From contig NZ_SSXE01000005.1 in the NCBI RefSeq assembly GCF_021699195.1, positions 38,770 through 78,769 on the forward strand: a stretch of DNA of 40,000 nt, written 5' to 3'. The stretch comes from Nonomuraea sp. MG754425 (GTDB taxonomy: Bacteria > Actinomycetota > Actinomycetes > Streptosporangiales > Streptosporangiaceae). The position numbers and the translations under genes were made by a program. The notes beneath the pieces were generated by a model that was not told the origin of the DNA, did not search any database, and saw nothing but the letters and a program-made list of their open reading frames with translations. Numbering within the stretch: position 1 is the first letter of the stretch; the number at the start of each line of letters is the position of its first letter. Below, piece after piece: positions 23,196 to 32,640 of the stretch.

Positions 23196-24487
23196 CCGGC
23201 GGCACGCTGGGCCTGGCAGTGCGGCTGTCGCCCAAGCAGGAACGCTCGATCGCCGAATCGAACGCACGCCTGAACATCTGGCAGGGGGCCATCAGAAGCG
23301 GGAAGACCATCGCTTCGTTGCTGCGCTGGCTCGCGTTCGTCGCCAACGCGCCGCGCGGCGGGTCACTCATCGTCGTCGGCAAGACCGCCGACACGATCAG
23401 CCGGAACATCTTCGACCCGCTCATGGACCCGGCGATCACGGGGCCGCTCGCCGCACGGATCTCCTACACGCGTGGCGCCCCGACCGCGACGATCCTGGGC
23501 CGCAAGGTGGAGATCATCTCGTGTGCGGACGCCCGCGCCGAGACCCGGCTGCGCGGCATGACCGGTGTCGGCGCGTACGTGGACGAGATCACGCTGATCG
23601 AGCGCCCGTTCTGGGACATGCTGCTCAGCCGGTTGAGCGTGCCGGGCGCGAAACTCTTCGGGAGCACGAACCCCGACAGCCCCTCGCACTGGCTGAAGCG
23701 CGACTTCCTCGACCGGGCCCACGACCTCGACCTGCGGTCGTGGCACTTCCGCCTCGACGACAACCACGCCCTGGACCCCGCTTACGTGGCCGCGCTGAAG
23801 AAGGAGTACACCGGCCTCTGGTACAAGAGGTTCGTGCTCGGCGCCTGGGTCATGGCCGAGGGCGCGATCTTCGACATGTGGGACGACCACCGCATGATGG
23901 TCCACGAGCTGCCGCTGATGGAAAAGTGGCTCGCGGTCGGCATCGACTACGGCACCGCGAACCCATTCGACGCCGTCCTCATCGGCGTCAGCACCCCGGA
24001 CCAGGCCGGGCAGCGCCGCATCTACGTCGCCAGCGAATGGCGATGGGACTCCCGCGTGCAACGCCGCCAGCTCACCGACGCCGAGTACTCGATGCGGCTG
24101 GCCGACTGGCTCGACGGCATCCCGGACACCTACGGTCCAGGCACGCACGGCGTCCGTCCTTCCTGGCTGATCGTAGACCCGTCCGCCGCGAGCTTCGTGA
24201 CCCAGCTCCACCACGACGGGTTCCGGCCACAGCAGGGCGACAACTCGGTGCTGGACGGCATCCGGACCGTGTCCAACCTGATGGCCGCCGACCACCTGCG
24301 GGTGCACGCCTCCTGCCGCTACCTCCTTGACGAGATCGTCGGCTATGCCTGGGACGACAAGAAGGCCGAACGCGGCGAAGACGCCCCGATCAAGGAACAC
24401 GACCACAGCGTGGACGCGCTCCGCTACGCGCTCCACACCACGCAGGCGGCATGGATGCGGCTGTTGGAGCCCATCCCCGCCTACTGA
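23192..24487 (+). CDS. terL: terminase large subunit
   Basis: Walker A GAIRSGKT, Walker B-like GAYVDE, and a C-terminal nuclease-like block (DHSVDALRY). ATGA overlap with terS. Confidence 0.95.
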   Translation: MTGGTLGLAVRLSPKQERSIAESNARLNIWQGAIRSGKTIASLLRWLAFVANAPRGGSLIVVGKTADTISRNIFDPLMDPAITGPLAARISYTRGAPTATILGRKVEIISCADARAETRLRGMTGVGAYVDEITLIERPFWDMLLSRLSVPGAKLFGSTNPDSPSHWLKRDFLDRAHDLDLRSWHFRLDDNHALDPAYVAALKKEYTGLWYKRFVLGAWVMAEGAIFDMWDDHRMMVHELPLMEKWLAVGIDYGTANPFDAVLIGVSTPDQAGQRRIYVASEWRWDSRVQRRQLTDAEYSMRLADWLDGIPDTYGPGTHGVRPSWLIVDPSAASFVTQLHHDGFRPQQGDNSVLDGIRTVSNLMAADHLRVHASCRYLLDEIVGYAWDDKKAERGEDAPIKEHDHSVDALRYALHTTQAAWMRLLEPIPAY

Positions 24488-24491
24488 AGAC

Positions 24492-24549
24492 GCGCGCCCG
24501 TCCTGGGGAGTCCGGTTGTGGCGGTCGGCACCACCCAGGGCGGGCGCGC
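24492..24549 (+). terminator. 16-bp-stem hairpin 5 nt after the terL stop
   Basis: GCGCGCCCGTCCTGGG..CCCAGGGCGGGCGCGC (one T-G pair). Confidence 0.5.
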
Positions 24550-24692
24550 CGCTCCGCGCGACCCCCGTGACGCGCGTCGAGCCCCCGGTGCGGCCCGCGC
24601 CGTCCAGCGCCGTTGAGGGGCGGCACGGACATGCGCGGGCCGCACCGCCGGACCAGACGATCCCAACCCATTGGCATTGGCGAGGAGCTGCC

Positions 24693-25217
24693 GTGTTCAC
24701 CAACGACCCGATCACATGGAAGGCCGTCTGGCGGCTGGAGAAATACTGGGGCGACAACACCGGCCCCGAGGCGGTGCCGTACGACGCGATCGAGCGCGAG
24801 GGCAACCTGCTCATGCACGGAGGCGCGTCGGCCCTGTGGCAGATGCTGCTCGGCAACGGCACCACCACGGCCGGGCAGCCGCTCACCTACTTCAACGCGG
24901 CCAACGCCCACCTGAGCGTCGGCGACTCCACCACGGCAGCGGCGGCCACACAGACCGACCTCCAGGCGGCGACGAACAAGCTCCGCAAGCCCATGGACGC
25001 CACCTACCCGCAGCACGCGGACGGCAGCACGCCGACGAACGCGACCATCACGTTCCGGGCCACGTTCGGCACAGCAGACGCCAACTGGACCTGGAACGAG
25101 TGGGGGATCTTCAACGCTTCGGCGGGCGGCCGGATGCTCAACCGGAAGGTCGAAAGCCTCGGCACCAAGACGTCGGCCGCCTCCTGGGTGCTGACGTGCT
25201 CGCTGAGCATCGCCTGA
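24693..25217 (+). CDS. tail-fibre-like protein (tail-collar/P2 gpH N-terminal-like pattern)
   Basis: GTG 24693 after GAGGAG. HLSVGDS..TDLQ..ITFRATF..NEWGIFNASAGGRMLNR resembles the fibre N-domain pattern (VGDG..L..E.GL.D..G.L). Confidence 0.6.
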   Translation: MFTNDPITWKAVWRLEKYWGDNTGPEAVPYDAIEREGNLLMHGGASALWQMLLGNGTTTAGQPLTYFNAANAHLSVGDSTTAAAATQTDLQAATNKLRKPMDATYPQHADGSTPTNATITFRATFGTADANWTWNEWGIFNASAGGRMLNRKVESLGTKTSAASWVLTCSLSIA

Positions 25218-25254
25218 CCCATCCCCATCTCACGCTCGCCGCGTCGGGAGGTCG

Positions 25255-26691
25255 ATGATGGCGCAGGTCCGTGACAGGAAAGCCGGAGCGGGCAGCGGAG
25301 CCTCCTTCTCCACCCTGACCCCGGCGTTCCAACCTGGCGACATCCTGGTCGCGGCACACAGTTGCGACATCGGTACCCCGGCCAACATGTCGATCAGCGG
25401 CACATGGAACGAGATCCCACCCATCGGGATGGTAGGGCCGACGTTCAACACCCGCGCCTACTGGAAACCGGCCGGGTCGGACCCCGCCAGCTACACCTTC
25501 ACGCAGGACAGCGGCGCCGATGGTGTCGCTGTGATCGCGTCCCTGATGGACCTGGCCGGGACCGCGCCGCTGAACCTGGGCGAGAGCTTCGTCCTCAACG
25601 CCGCCACCATGACGGCGTCGTCACTGACGCCCGCAGGAGCCGGCGACCTCGCACTCATCTGGGCCGGGGCCGTCGCCAGCCCTGGCGCGGCACGCACCTG
25701 GAGCGGCCCCGCCGGTTGGACCACGGAGATTCAACGCCAGTCCGGCATCTACACCGCAGGCATCATGGTGTCCAAGGTACTGACGTCGGGCGAGCCGACC
25801 GGCGCCGCGACGTTCACCGCGTCGGGCGCCATGTATCGCGGCCAGACGCTGGTGCTGACCTTCCGCGCCGGAGCATCAGCCGTCCAGAAGAACGGCAGCG
25901 ATGCGGCAGCGGCCAGCGAGCAGGGAACCGTGCAGGCCCAGCTTGCACGCACCGATGCCGCCGCCGCAGCCGACAGCGGGCAGGCCGCGCGCCTGGTCGC
26001 CGACCAAGCCGTACTCGCCGAAGCCCGCACGATCGACGCGGCGGCGCAGCGGCTCGACTCCGCCCAGGTCAGCGACACGGCGGCCACGGCGGGAGCGGCG
26101 GGCCGAGCCGAGACCGGTGTGGCTGCCGACGCTGCGCACCTCACCTCCGCGATCAGCCAGGCCGACACTGCTGCCCTGTCGGAGTCGGCCGCGTTGACGC
26201 TCACCACCCACGACCAGGCCGCCGTCACAGACGGCGCGGGCAACCAGGAGATCCTGGGCCCGCTCGTCGGCGACGCCGTCACCACGATCGAGGTTGCGGC
26301 TCTGGCCGCTCCCACGGCGGTTGGTGACGCCGCCGGCCTGGGTGAGACGGCACGGGTCGATGTAGGACGCTCCACATCCGACTCCTCAGCCGTGATCGAG
26401 CAGGCCGTGGCCGGGCCCCTCACTGCCGAGACCGGGACCACGTCCGAGACAGCCACCGTGCGCGTGCTGCTCGACCGAGCCGACGCCGGGGCTGTGGCGG
26501 ACGACGCGGCGGCCGGCCAGCCCACGGGGGTGTCGGACTCGGCCGCGCTCCTCGAAACCGCGCTTGTCGTCGATCTCGGGCGGGAGATCACCGGCGTGGA
26601 CGGGCCACACCGGACGTGGAGCGCCACCCTGGCGCGACGCCAATGGAGCGCTGATCCGCCCCGCCGGACCTGGTCCGCATCACGCACATGA
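25255..26691 (+). CDS. repeat-rich fibre-like structural protein (478 aa)
   Basis: The Ala/Asp/Thr-rich C-terminal half has degenerate ~19-aa repeats (..SD.AA..E.A.V..). Terminal RTWSA motif x2 plus RQWSA. Confidence 0.7.
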   Translation: MMAQVRDRKAGAGSGASFSTLTPAFQPGDILVAAHSCDIGTPANMSISGTWNEIPPIGMVGPTFNTRAYWKPAGSDPASYTFTQDSGADGVAVIASLMDLAGTAPLNLGESFVLNAATMTASSLTPAGAGDLALIWAGAVASPGAARTWSGPAGWTTEIQRQSGIYTAGIMVSKVLTSGEPTGAATFTASGAMYRGQTLVLTFRAGASAVQKNGSDAAAASEQGTVQAQLARTDAAAAADSGQAARLVADQAVLAEARTIDAAAQRLDSAQVSDTAATAGAAGRAETGVAADAAHLTSAISQADTAALSESAALTLTTHDQAAVTDGAGNQEILGPLVGDAVTTIEVAALAAPTAVGDAAGLGETARVDVGRSTSDSSAVIEQAVAGPLTAETGTTSETATVRVLLDRADAGAVADDAAAGQPTGVSDSAALLETALVVDLGREITGVDGPHRTWSATLARRQWSADPPRRTWSASRT

Positions 26692-26700
26692 GGAGCTGCG

Positions 26701-26997
26701 GTGGAGACGATCTCTAGCTTGTCGTGCGAGTGGCTGCCGTTCTTCGTGCGAGGCGCGACCGGGACGGAGGACGTGGAGATCGCGTTCACCACGCCGGGGG
26801 TAGAGCCGACCGAGACCGACTGGATGGCCGCCGAGTGGGCGCCAGGGTCGGTCGGCACGCGTGGCGCGACCGCGCGCATCTTGTTCGGCCCCGGCGGCAC
26901 CGTCTCCAAGCCGGACGGCAGCTACCAGGCGTGGGTGCGCGTGACCGCGCCGCCGCAGCTTCCGGTGCTGCCCGCCGGTCTGATCGACGTCATCTGA
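26701..26997 (+). CDS. small structural-module protein (98 aa)
   Basis: GTG 26701. ..YQAWVRVTAPPQLPVLPAGLIDVI tail, typical of small proteins next to actinophage minor tail genes (by eye). Confidence 0.6.
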   Translation: METISSLSCEWLPFFVRGATGTEDVEIAFTTPGVEPTETDWMAAEWAPGSVGTRGATARILFGPGGTVSKPDGSYQAWVRVTAPPQLPVLPAGLIDVI

Positions 26998-27050
26998 GGC
27001 GAACGGCATCGCCGCGCCAAGCACCACGACCACAGAAGGGTGAGGGCCCG

Positions 27051-28625
27051 ATGCCGCTTCCCGACCGTGACCAGGACTGGCCGCCGCCGCACATCAAGCG
27101 GGAGATGCGGCTGTATGAGGAGTGGGGAGCCTGGTACGCGGGCGACCCGGACCGGCTGGCCGACGTGTACGGCTCGACCGGCATGGTGCACGGGATCGGT
27201 TTGGACCCGAAGGGCTGGGATCGGCCGTCCAAGGGGTTCTCCGGCTGGATTCAGCGTGCCGCCCGCTACTTCTGGGGCACGCCGGTGCCGCTCGGGCAGG
27301 TGCGGTCCACGAAGCTGCACATCCCGATCGCCGGGGACATCGCCGCCACGTCGGCTGATCTGTTGTTCTCGGAGCAGCCCACGTTGAAGGTGCCGGGGAA
27401 GACGTCGCAGAAGCGCCTCGACAAGATCATGCATGAGGCGGGGATCTACGGAGCGCTGCTGGAGGCCGCCGAGATCGGTTCCGCGTACGGCGGCAGCTAC
27501 CTGCGGGTCGGCTGGGACACGGAGATGTACGACCACCCGGTCATGTCGGTGTTGCCGCCGGACGCGGCGATCCCGGAGTTCCGGTACGGCAAGCTCGCCG
27601 CCGTCACGTTCTGGCGGGTGCTCGCCGAGGACGACAGCTCCCGGCAGGTGTGGCGGCACCTGGAGCGGCACGAGCGAGGCCGCGTGCTGCACGGGCTGTA
27701 CCTGGGCACGCCGGACCGGCTCGGCAAGCAGATGCCGCTGGCCGACCACCCCGAGACCGAGATCTACGCCGACCAGGTGGACGAGAACGGCGGCTTCGAC
27801 AGCTACTACCCGCGTGGCCTGCTCGTGTCGTACGTGCCGAACATGAGGCCGCACCGGCTGATCCGTGGCACGAGCCTGGGCCGTAGTGACTACCAGGGCG
27901 TCGAGCACCTGATGGATGCCCTGGACGAGACGTGGACATCGCTGATGCGCGACATTCGCCTCGGAAAGGGCCGCGTCATCGTGCCCGACTTGTTCCTCGA
28001 CTCCCTCGGTCGCGGCTCCGGCGCGGCCTGGGACGCCGACCGGGAGATCTACTCCGGGCTCGGCATGCTGCCGCCGCCCGGCGCCCAGGCCAACAGCATG
28101 TTGACGATCACGCAGTTCGCCATCCGCGTGGCCGAACACGTAGACGCGGGGAAGGCGCTCACCGCCCAGATCCTGCGCGGGGCCGGCTACAGCGCGCAGA
28201 GCTTCGGGGAGTCGGACGGGTCCGGGCAGGCCGTCACCGCGACCGAGGTCCACTCGCGCGAGAAGAAATCGTTCAGCTCACGCGGCCGGAAGACCGGCTA
28301 CTGGAATCCCACGCTCCAGTGGGCTCCCGACGTTCTCCTCAGCATCGACCATGCCGTCTTCGGCAGGAAGGTGTCCGCCGAGCGCGGTGAGGTGCACTGG
28401 CCGGACGGCGTCCAGCCGGACCCCGAAGCGCTTGGCCGGACGGTGGAACTGTTCAACCGGGCTCAGGCCATGTCGCTGGAGACGAAGATCCGCACCGTGC
28501 ACCCGGAGTGGGACGACCACCAGGTGCACGAGGAGAAGGAACGCCTAAGGGACGAACTCGGGCTCAACGTGCCTGACCCAGACCGGCTGGACGACGTGCT
28601 CGTGCCCAGCCTCGGCGAGGAGTAG
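27051..28625 (+). CDS. portal protein
   Basis: ATG 27051 after GGGTGAGGG. Size (524 aa), position and the N-terminal W..PH....Y..W.AWY.GD pattern. Confidence 0.85.
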   Translation: MPLPDRDQDWPPPHIKREMRLYEEWGAWYAGDPDRLADVYGSTGMVHGIGLDPKGWDRPSKGFSGWIQRAARYFWGTPVPLGQVRSTKLHIPIAGDIAATSADLLFSEQPTLKVPGKTSQKRLDKIMHEAGIYGALLEAAEIGSAYGGSYLRVGWDTEMYDHPVMSVLPPDAAIPEFRYGKLAAVTFWRVLAEDDSSRQVWRHLERHERGRVLHGLYLGTPDRLGKQMPLADHPETEIYADQVDENGGFDSYYPRGLLVSYVPNMRPHRLIRGTSLGRSDYQGVEHLMDALDETWTSLMRDIRLGKGRVIVPDLFLDSLGRGSGAAWDADREIYSGLGMLPPPGAQANSMLTITQFAIRVAEHVDAGKALTAQILRGAGYSAQSFGESDGSGQAVTATEVHSREKKSFSSRGRKTGYWNPTLQWAPDVLLSIDHAVFGRKVSAERGEVHWPDGVQPDPEALGRTVELFNRAQAMSLETKIRTVHPEWDDHQVHEEKERLRDELGLNVPDPDRLDDVLVPSLGEE

Positions 28626-28631
28626 CCCGCG

Positions 28632-30509
28632 GTGACCATCCCGACGCTGGCGCTTCCGGCCCAGCAGCAGGAGGCCGCGCAGATCGAGGCGGCTCTCGAG
28701 CATGCCCGCGCCGTGGCCGCGATCTACTGGGACGCCGAACGCGAACTCCTCAAGGTCGTCTCCGAGGCGCTCGCGGCGCGGGAGGGCGAACCGGAGTACG
28801 CGGGCCCGCGCTTCGCCGAACTCCGACAACTCCGGCGCGAGTCCGACCAGGTGGTGCGGCGGCTGGAACGCCTGTCCGAGCGGCTGGTGACGACCGGTGT
28901 CAACGCGGCGTGGCGGCGCGGCGCGGAACGCGCCACCAGAGACCTGGAACGGCTCGGCTCCCGCAAGGGCATCCCGCAGGGGCAGGGAGTTATCGAGATC
29001 GCCCGCCGGGCCACGCGGCTGGTCGCCTCCACCCAGCCAGGCATGCGGTCGGCACCGGAGTTCATGTTCAAGCAGATCGTCAACGAGGTCGCCGCCCAGG
29101 CGCTCACCGGCGCGATCTCCCGCAACCAGGCCCAGGCCCGCGCGCTGGACAAGGTGGCCCGGCGGGGCATCACCGGGTTCACCGACTCCTCCGGCCGCGT
29201 CTGGTCGGTGACCGCCTACGCGGAGGCGGCGGTGCGGGCCGCGATGGCACAGGCCGCGACAGACGGCCACCTGTCCACGCTCGCCGCGAACGGCATCGAT
29301 CTCGTGATGGTGTCGCGGCTGCCGTACACGTGCCCCCGCTGCGAACGCTGGGAAGGCAAGATCCTTTCCCAGGACGGGCCGATCGGCTTCCGGCAGGTGG
29401 AGTCCGCCGTTTCCGACGACATGGTGAACGTGCTCGTGGAGGGCACCGTCACCCAGGCCCGCGCCGCCGGCCTGCTGCATCCCGGCTGCGGCCACACACT
29501 CGGCGGCTTCCTGCCGGGCGCGACCCGGCCGCCGCCGCTGGTCCGGCACCGCGGCGACTACAAGGCGGCCCAGAAGATGCGCCGCCTGGAGTCCGAGCTG
29601 CGCGCCGCGAAGCGGCAATCCGGGGTGGCGCTCGACGCCGACCAGCGGCGCAAGGCGGCGTCCCGCGTCGGCCACCTCAGCACACGGATCGACCAGCACG
29701 CCGCCGCCTCGGGCATCCCATCCCGCACCGACCGGCAGCAGCAGGCCACCCTCCCGCGCGACCTCGACCGGCTCCCGGACGAGGACCTTGCCGCCCTGCT
29801 CGGCCGGTGGGCCGACGACGAAGCCGCCGTCACCCGCATCACCAGCGTCCTGGAGCAGCGCGACACCGACCGCGACCGGCAGCGTGACCAGCGAGTCCAA
29901 GAAGCGGTCGCCGACCTGCCCGCCGAGTTCGCCAACGCCTCCGACGACCAGGTGCTCGACCTGGTGCGCCGCTTCTCCGACGCCGGGGACCCGGTCGCGC
30001 TGGAAAAGCTGCTCGCCGAACTGGACTCGCGCGAGCAGAACCCGACCTGGTCGTGGCGGGCCGACGACACCAGCGAGGACCGCGCCGTCACCGACCTCAT
30101 AGACGACGGCGTGGACCCCATGGACGCCTACGGGCAGGTGTACGGCGTGGACCCCGAGCAGATGCGACGGCAGGACTCCCGCGCGCACGCCGAATCCCAG
30201 AGGCGGCCGGGGGAGACCCTGAACCAGGTCGTCCGCCGCCTGTACGACGAATGGCTTGAGCTCCAGGGCATCGCCGCCGAGCGGTACACGCGTGGCAACC
30301 TCATCAACCGGGCCGGGCGGGCGGCCGGCGTCGATGGCCGCACGCTGCTGTCTGGTCCGCAGGCCCGCGCCGACCGGTACGCCTCCGACGAGCTGCGTGT
30401 CTGGTGGGAGCAGCACCCGCGTATGACGTTGGTGGAGTTCCGGGCGCAGATGCTCGGCCGCGCCTCCGACCGCAAGGCAGCCCAGCGAGCGAAGGAGCAG
30501 CGCCGGTGA
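28632..30509 (+). CDS. MuF-like head morphogenesis / minor capsid protein with ~300-aa C-terminal extension
   Basis: FTDSSGRVWSVTAYAEAAVRAA..GIDLVMVS..CPRCERWEGKILS is the Mu F/SPP1 gp7 signature. Follows the portal gene. Confidence 0.85.
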   Translation: MTIPTLALPAQQQEAAQIEAALEHARAVAAIYWDAERELLKVVSEALAAREGEPEYAGPRFAELRQLRRESDQVVRRLERLSERLVTTGVNAAWRRGAERATRDLERLGSRKGIPQGQGVIEIARRATRLVASTQPGMRSAPEFMFKQIVNEVAAQALTGAISRNQAQARALDKVARRGITGFTDSSGRVWSVTAYAEAAVRAAMAQAATDGHLSTLAANGIDLVMVSRLPYTCPRCERWEGKILSQDGPIGFRQVESAVSDDMVNVLVEGTVTQARAAGLLHPGCGHTLGGFLPGATRPPPLVRHRGDYKAAQKMRRLESELRAAKRQSGVALDADQRRKAASRVGHLSTRIDQHAAASGIPSRTDRQQQATLPRDLDRLPDEDLAALLGRWADDEAAVTRITSVLEQRDTDRDRQRDQRVQEAVADLPAEFANASDDQVLDLVRRFSDAGDPVALEKLLAELDSREQNPTWSWRADDTSEDRAVTDLIDDGVDPMDAYGQVYGVDPEQMRRQDSRAHAESQRRPGETLNQVVRRLYDEWLELQGIAAERYTRGNLINRAGRAAGVDGRTLLSGPQARADRYASDELRVWWEQHPRMTLVEFRAQMLGRASDRKAAQRAKEQRR

Positions 30510-30676
30510 CCATCACCGACCTCGACCGGAGGACGGCGATCACCACGGGGCGGTGGGCCGCGCTGCACGACCGTTCGATCACTGAATGCCCGTACGACCC
30601 CGCAGGCGACGCCCGTGACCAGGCGCTCGCACTGTTGTGGGTTCGCACCTACCGCAGGTACCGGCCGCCGGTCTGA
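30506..30676 (+). CDS. hypothetical protein (56 aa)
   Basis: GTGA overlap at 30506-30509. Confidence 0.5.
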   Translation: MTITDLDRRTAITTGRWAALHDRSITECPYDPAGDARDQALALLWVRTYRRYRPPV

Positions 30677-30711
30677 CACCGGGACCGGAACACCTGCCTG
30701 ATCTGTTGTTG

Positions 30712-30730
30712 GGCCCGCCTGGCGCGGGCC
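30712..30730 (+). terminator. short hairpin GGCCCGC-CTGGC-GCGGGCC + TTT (possible attenuator before the scaffold gene)
   Basis: Direct read. Confidence 0.4.
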
Positions 30731-30761
30731 TTTGCCATGTCCGGCTCCGGGAGGGCCTGCG

Positions 30762-31649
30762 ATGTTCGATCACATGCTGCCGACGACGCCTGGCGCGATC
30801 ATCGGCTACCTCAAGAGCGGCAAGCCGATCCGGCTCATCGCCGGAGGAGCGCCCGAGGGAGAGGGACGGGGCGAAAGCCAGCCGCAGGGCGAGCCGCAGC
30901 ACAGCGGCGCTCCCGACCCGGCCGGGGGCACGCAACCTGACCCGCAGCCTTCCGGCCAGCCGGACCCGCTCGCCAAGGCGCGGGCGGACGAGCAGAAGGT
31001 CAACCCCGACGCCATCAAGGTCGATCAGCTCCCCGAGTGGGCGCAGAAGATTGTCCGGGATGCGCGGAAGGAGGCGGGCGACTACCGCGCCCAGCTCAAG
31101 CAGGCGCAGCAGGAACAGGAGGAGGCCGCCAAGCAGGCGGGCCCGTCCGCTGACGAGATCACCGCTCAGGTGCGGGAGGAGTTCGCCCAGCAGATCGGCA
31201 AGGCACTGGGGCTGGTCGCCGACGAGCAGGACACGAGGCTCACCCCCGAGCAGGTGATCGAGAAGCTGACCGCCGAGAAAGAGCAGACCGCCAAGGAACG
31301 CGACGAGGAGCGCGAGCTGCGCCGCCGGGAGCGTCTGGAGGCGGGTGTGCTCCGCGCGAGCGGCAAGCTGGGCGCCGACTCCGAAGCGCTGCTCGACAGC
31401 CGCACGTTCCTCCGCAAGATCCGCGACCTGGACCCGGACACGGACGACTTCGCGGCCAACCTCGGCGACCTCATCCAGCTCGCGATCGAGGAACACCCCA
31501 AGTACAAGGCGTCCGCCCTGGCGGCGACGCCCACGCGGAGCGGAGGCGAGTTCGCCGGCGGGCCTGGCGCGCGTCCCTCGGGCTCCGAGCCCACCACCGA
31601 CGACTTCCGTAAGCGCCGCGCGGTGGCCAAGGAGCAGAAGTCGTCATAG
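30762..31649 (+). CDS. scaffolding protein
   Basis: ATG 30762 after GGGAGGG. Charged coiled-coil-like sequence (AQLKQAQQEQEEAAKQ..). Directly upstream of the major capsid gene. Confidence 0.7.
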   Translation: MFDHMLPTTPGAIIGYLKSGKPIRLIAGGAPEGEGRGESQPQGEPQHSGAPDPAGGTQPDPQPSGQPDPLAKARADEQKVNPDAIKVDQLPEWAQKIVRDARKEAGDYRAQLKQAQQEQEEAAKQAGPSADEITAQVREEFAQQIGKALGLVADEQDTRLTPEQVIEKLTAEKEQTAKERDEERELRRRERLEAGVLRASGKLGADSEALLDSRTFLRKIRDLDPDTDDFAANLGDLIQLAIEEHPKYKASALAATPTRSGGEFAGGPGARPSGSEPTTDDFRKRRAVAKEQKSS

Positions 31650-31656
31650 CTGATCC

Positions 31657-31674
31657 GTTGGCGGTCCCGTCAAC
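31657..31674 (+). promoter_or_regulatory. palindrome-family copy 7 GTTGGCGGTCCCGTCAAC
   Basis: Direct read. Starts 7 nt after the scaffold stop, upstream of the major capsid gene. Confidence 0.6.
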
Positions 31675-31701
31675 GGCATCCACGTCTGGAGACAAGGCCC
31701 G

Positions 31702-32640
31702 ATGGCTAACACGTTTCTCACCCCGTCGATCATTGCCCGGCAGGCGCTGGCGAACCTGTACGAGACCACGGTCATGAGCCAACTGGTTCACCGGGACTAC
31801 GAGCAGGAGTTCGTGAACCGGATCGGCGACACGATCACGATCAGGAAGCCCGCGACGTTCGAGGCCAAGCAGTTCAACAGGACGCTGGGCATCGAGATTC
31901 AGAACGCGACCGAGGGATCGATCCCGATCACCCTGGACAAGTTCGTGGACGTCTCCTTCGCCGTGACCAGCGAGGAGTTGACGCTCGACATCATCGACTT
32001 CAACGCCCAACTCCTGGCCCCCGCGGTCGAGGCCATCGCGCAGAAGATCGACCGCGACATCCTTACCCTGCGGTCCGACATTGTCCAGCGGGTCGGCAAG
32101 GCCGGCACCACGGTGACCGGTGTGACCGGCACCAACGAGTGGGAGTGGGACAACCCGCGCGTCGCGATCGACGCCAGGCGCGTGCTCAACCAGCGCAACG
32201 TGCCGCCGACCGACCGGAACATCGTGGTCGGGCCGGAGATCGAGGCGCAGTGGCTTGGCGACCCGCTGTTCCACCAGGCCGACACGAGGGGTGACACCGA
32301 GGGTCTGCGTGAGGCCAACCTCGGTCGAAGAATCTTTGGGCACGACGGCTACCAGACGCAGAACATCAAGGGCCCGTCCGGGACGCCGACGGCTGGCCAG
32401 CCGAACACGGAGATCGGCGTCGCATTTCATAAGACGGCGTTCGCTTTGGTGACCAGACCCCTGGTTCTCCCACAGGGCGCCGCGAACGCGCACGTCGAGT
32501 CCTACAAGGGGTTCGCGTTGAGGGTGGTCATGGGCTACGACCAGACCAAGAAGCAGGACGTCGTCTCCATCGACACGCTCTACGGAGTGAAGACCCTCGA
32601 CCCGAACCGCGCGGTGCTGATCCACGGGGTCGCGGCCTGA
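31702..32640 (+). CDS. major capsid protein
   Basis: 312 aa. Position after the scaffold gene. MANTFLTPSIIARQALANL.. is an N-terminus typical of P22-coat/HK97-fold actinophage capsid proteins (by eye). Confidence 0.85.
   Translation: MANTFLTPSIIARQALANLYETTVMSQLVHRDYEQEFVNRIGDTITIRKPATFEAKQFNRTLGIEIQNATEGSIPITLDKFVDVSFAVTSEELTLDIIDFNAQLLAPAVEAIAQKIDRDILTLRSDIVQRVGKAGTTVTGVTGTNEWEWDNPRVAIDARRVLNQRNVPPTDRNIVVGPEIEAQWLGDPLFHQADTRGDTEGLREANLGRRIFGHDGYQTQNIKGPSGTPTAGQPNTEIGVAFHKTAFALVTRPLVLPQGAANAHVESYKGFALRVVMGYDQTKKQDVVSIDTLYGVKTLDPNRAVLIHGVAA

Noticed and set aside
28545-30416. Very long antisense ORFs. Examples: 28545-30416 (623 aa), 35342-37285 (647 aa), 33993-35753 (586 aa), 37584-39311 (575 aa), 23363-24886 (507 aa), 7523-8899 (458 aa), 19585-20892 (435 aa), 5125-6351 (408 aa), 2025-2969 (314 aa).
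   Set aside because: They are Arg/Pro/Gly/Ala-rich shadow frames, typical of ~70% GC DNA. The opposite strand carries recognisable domains (MuF, tape measure, terminase, ABC ATPase, collagen repeat) with proper SD sequences and GC3 bias.
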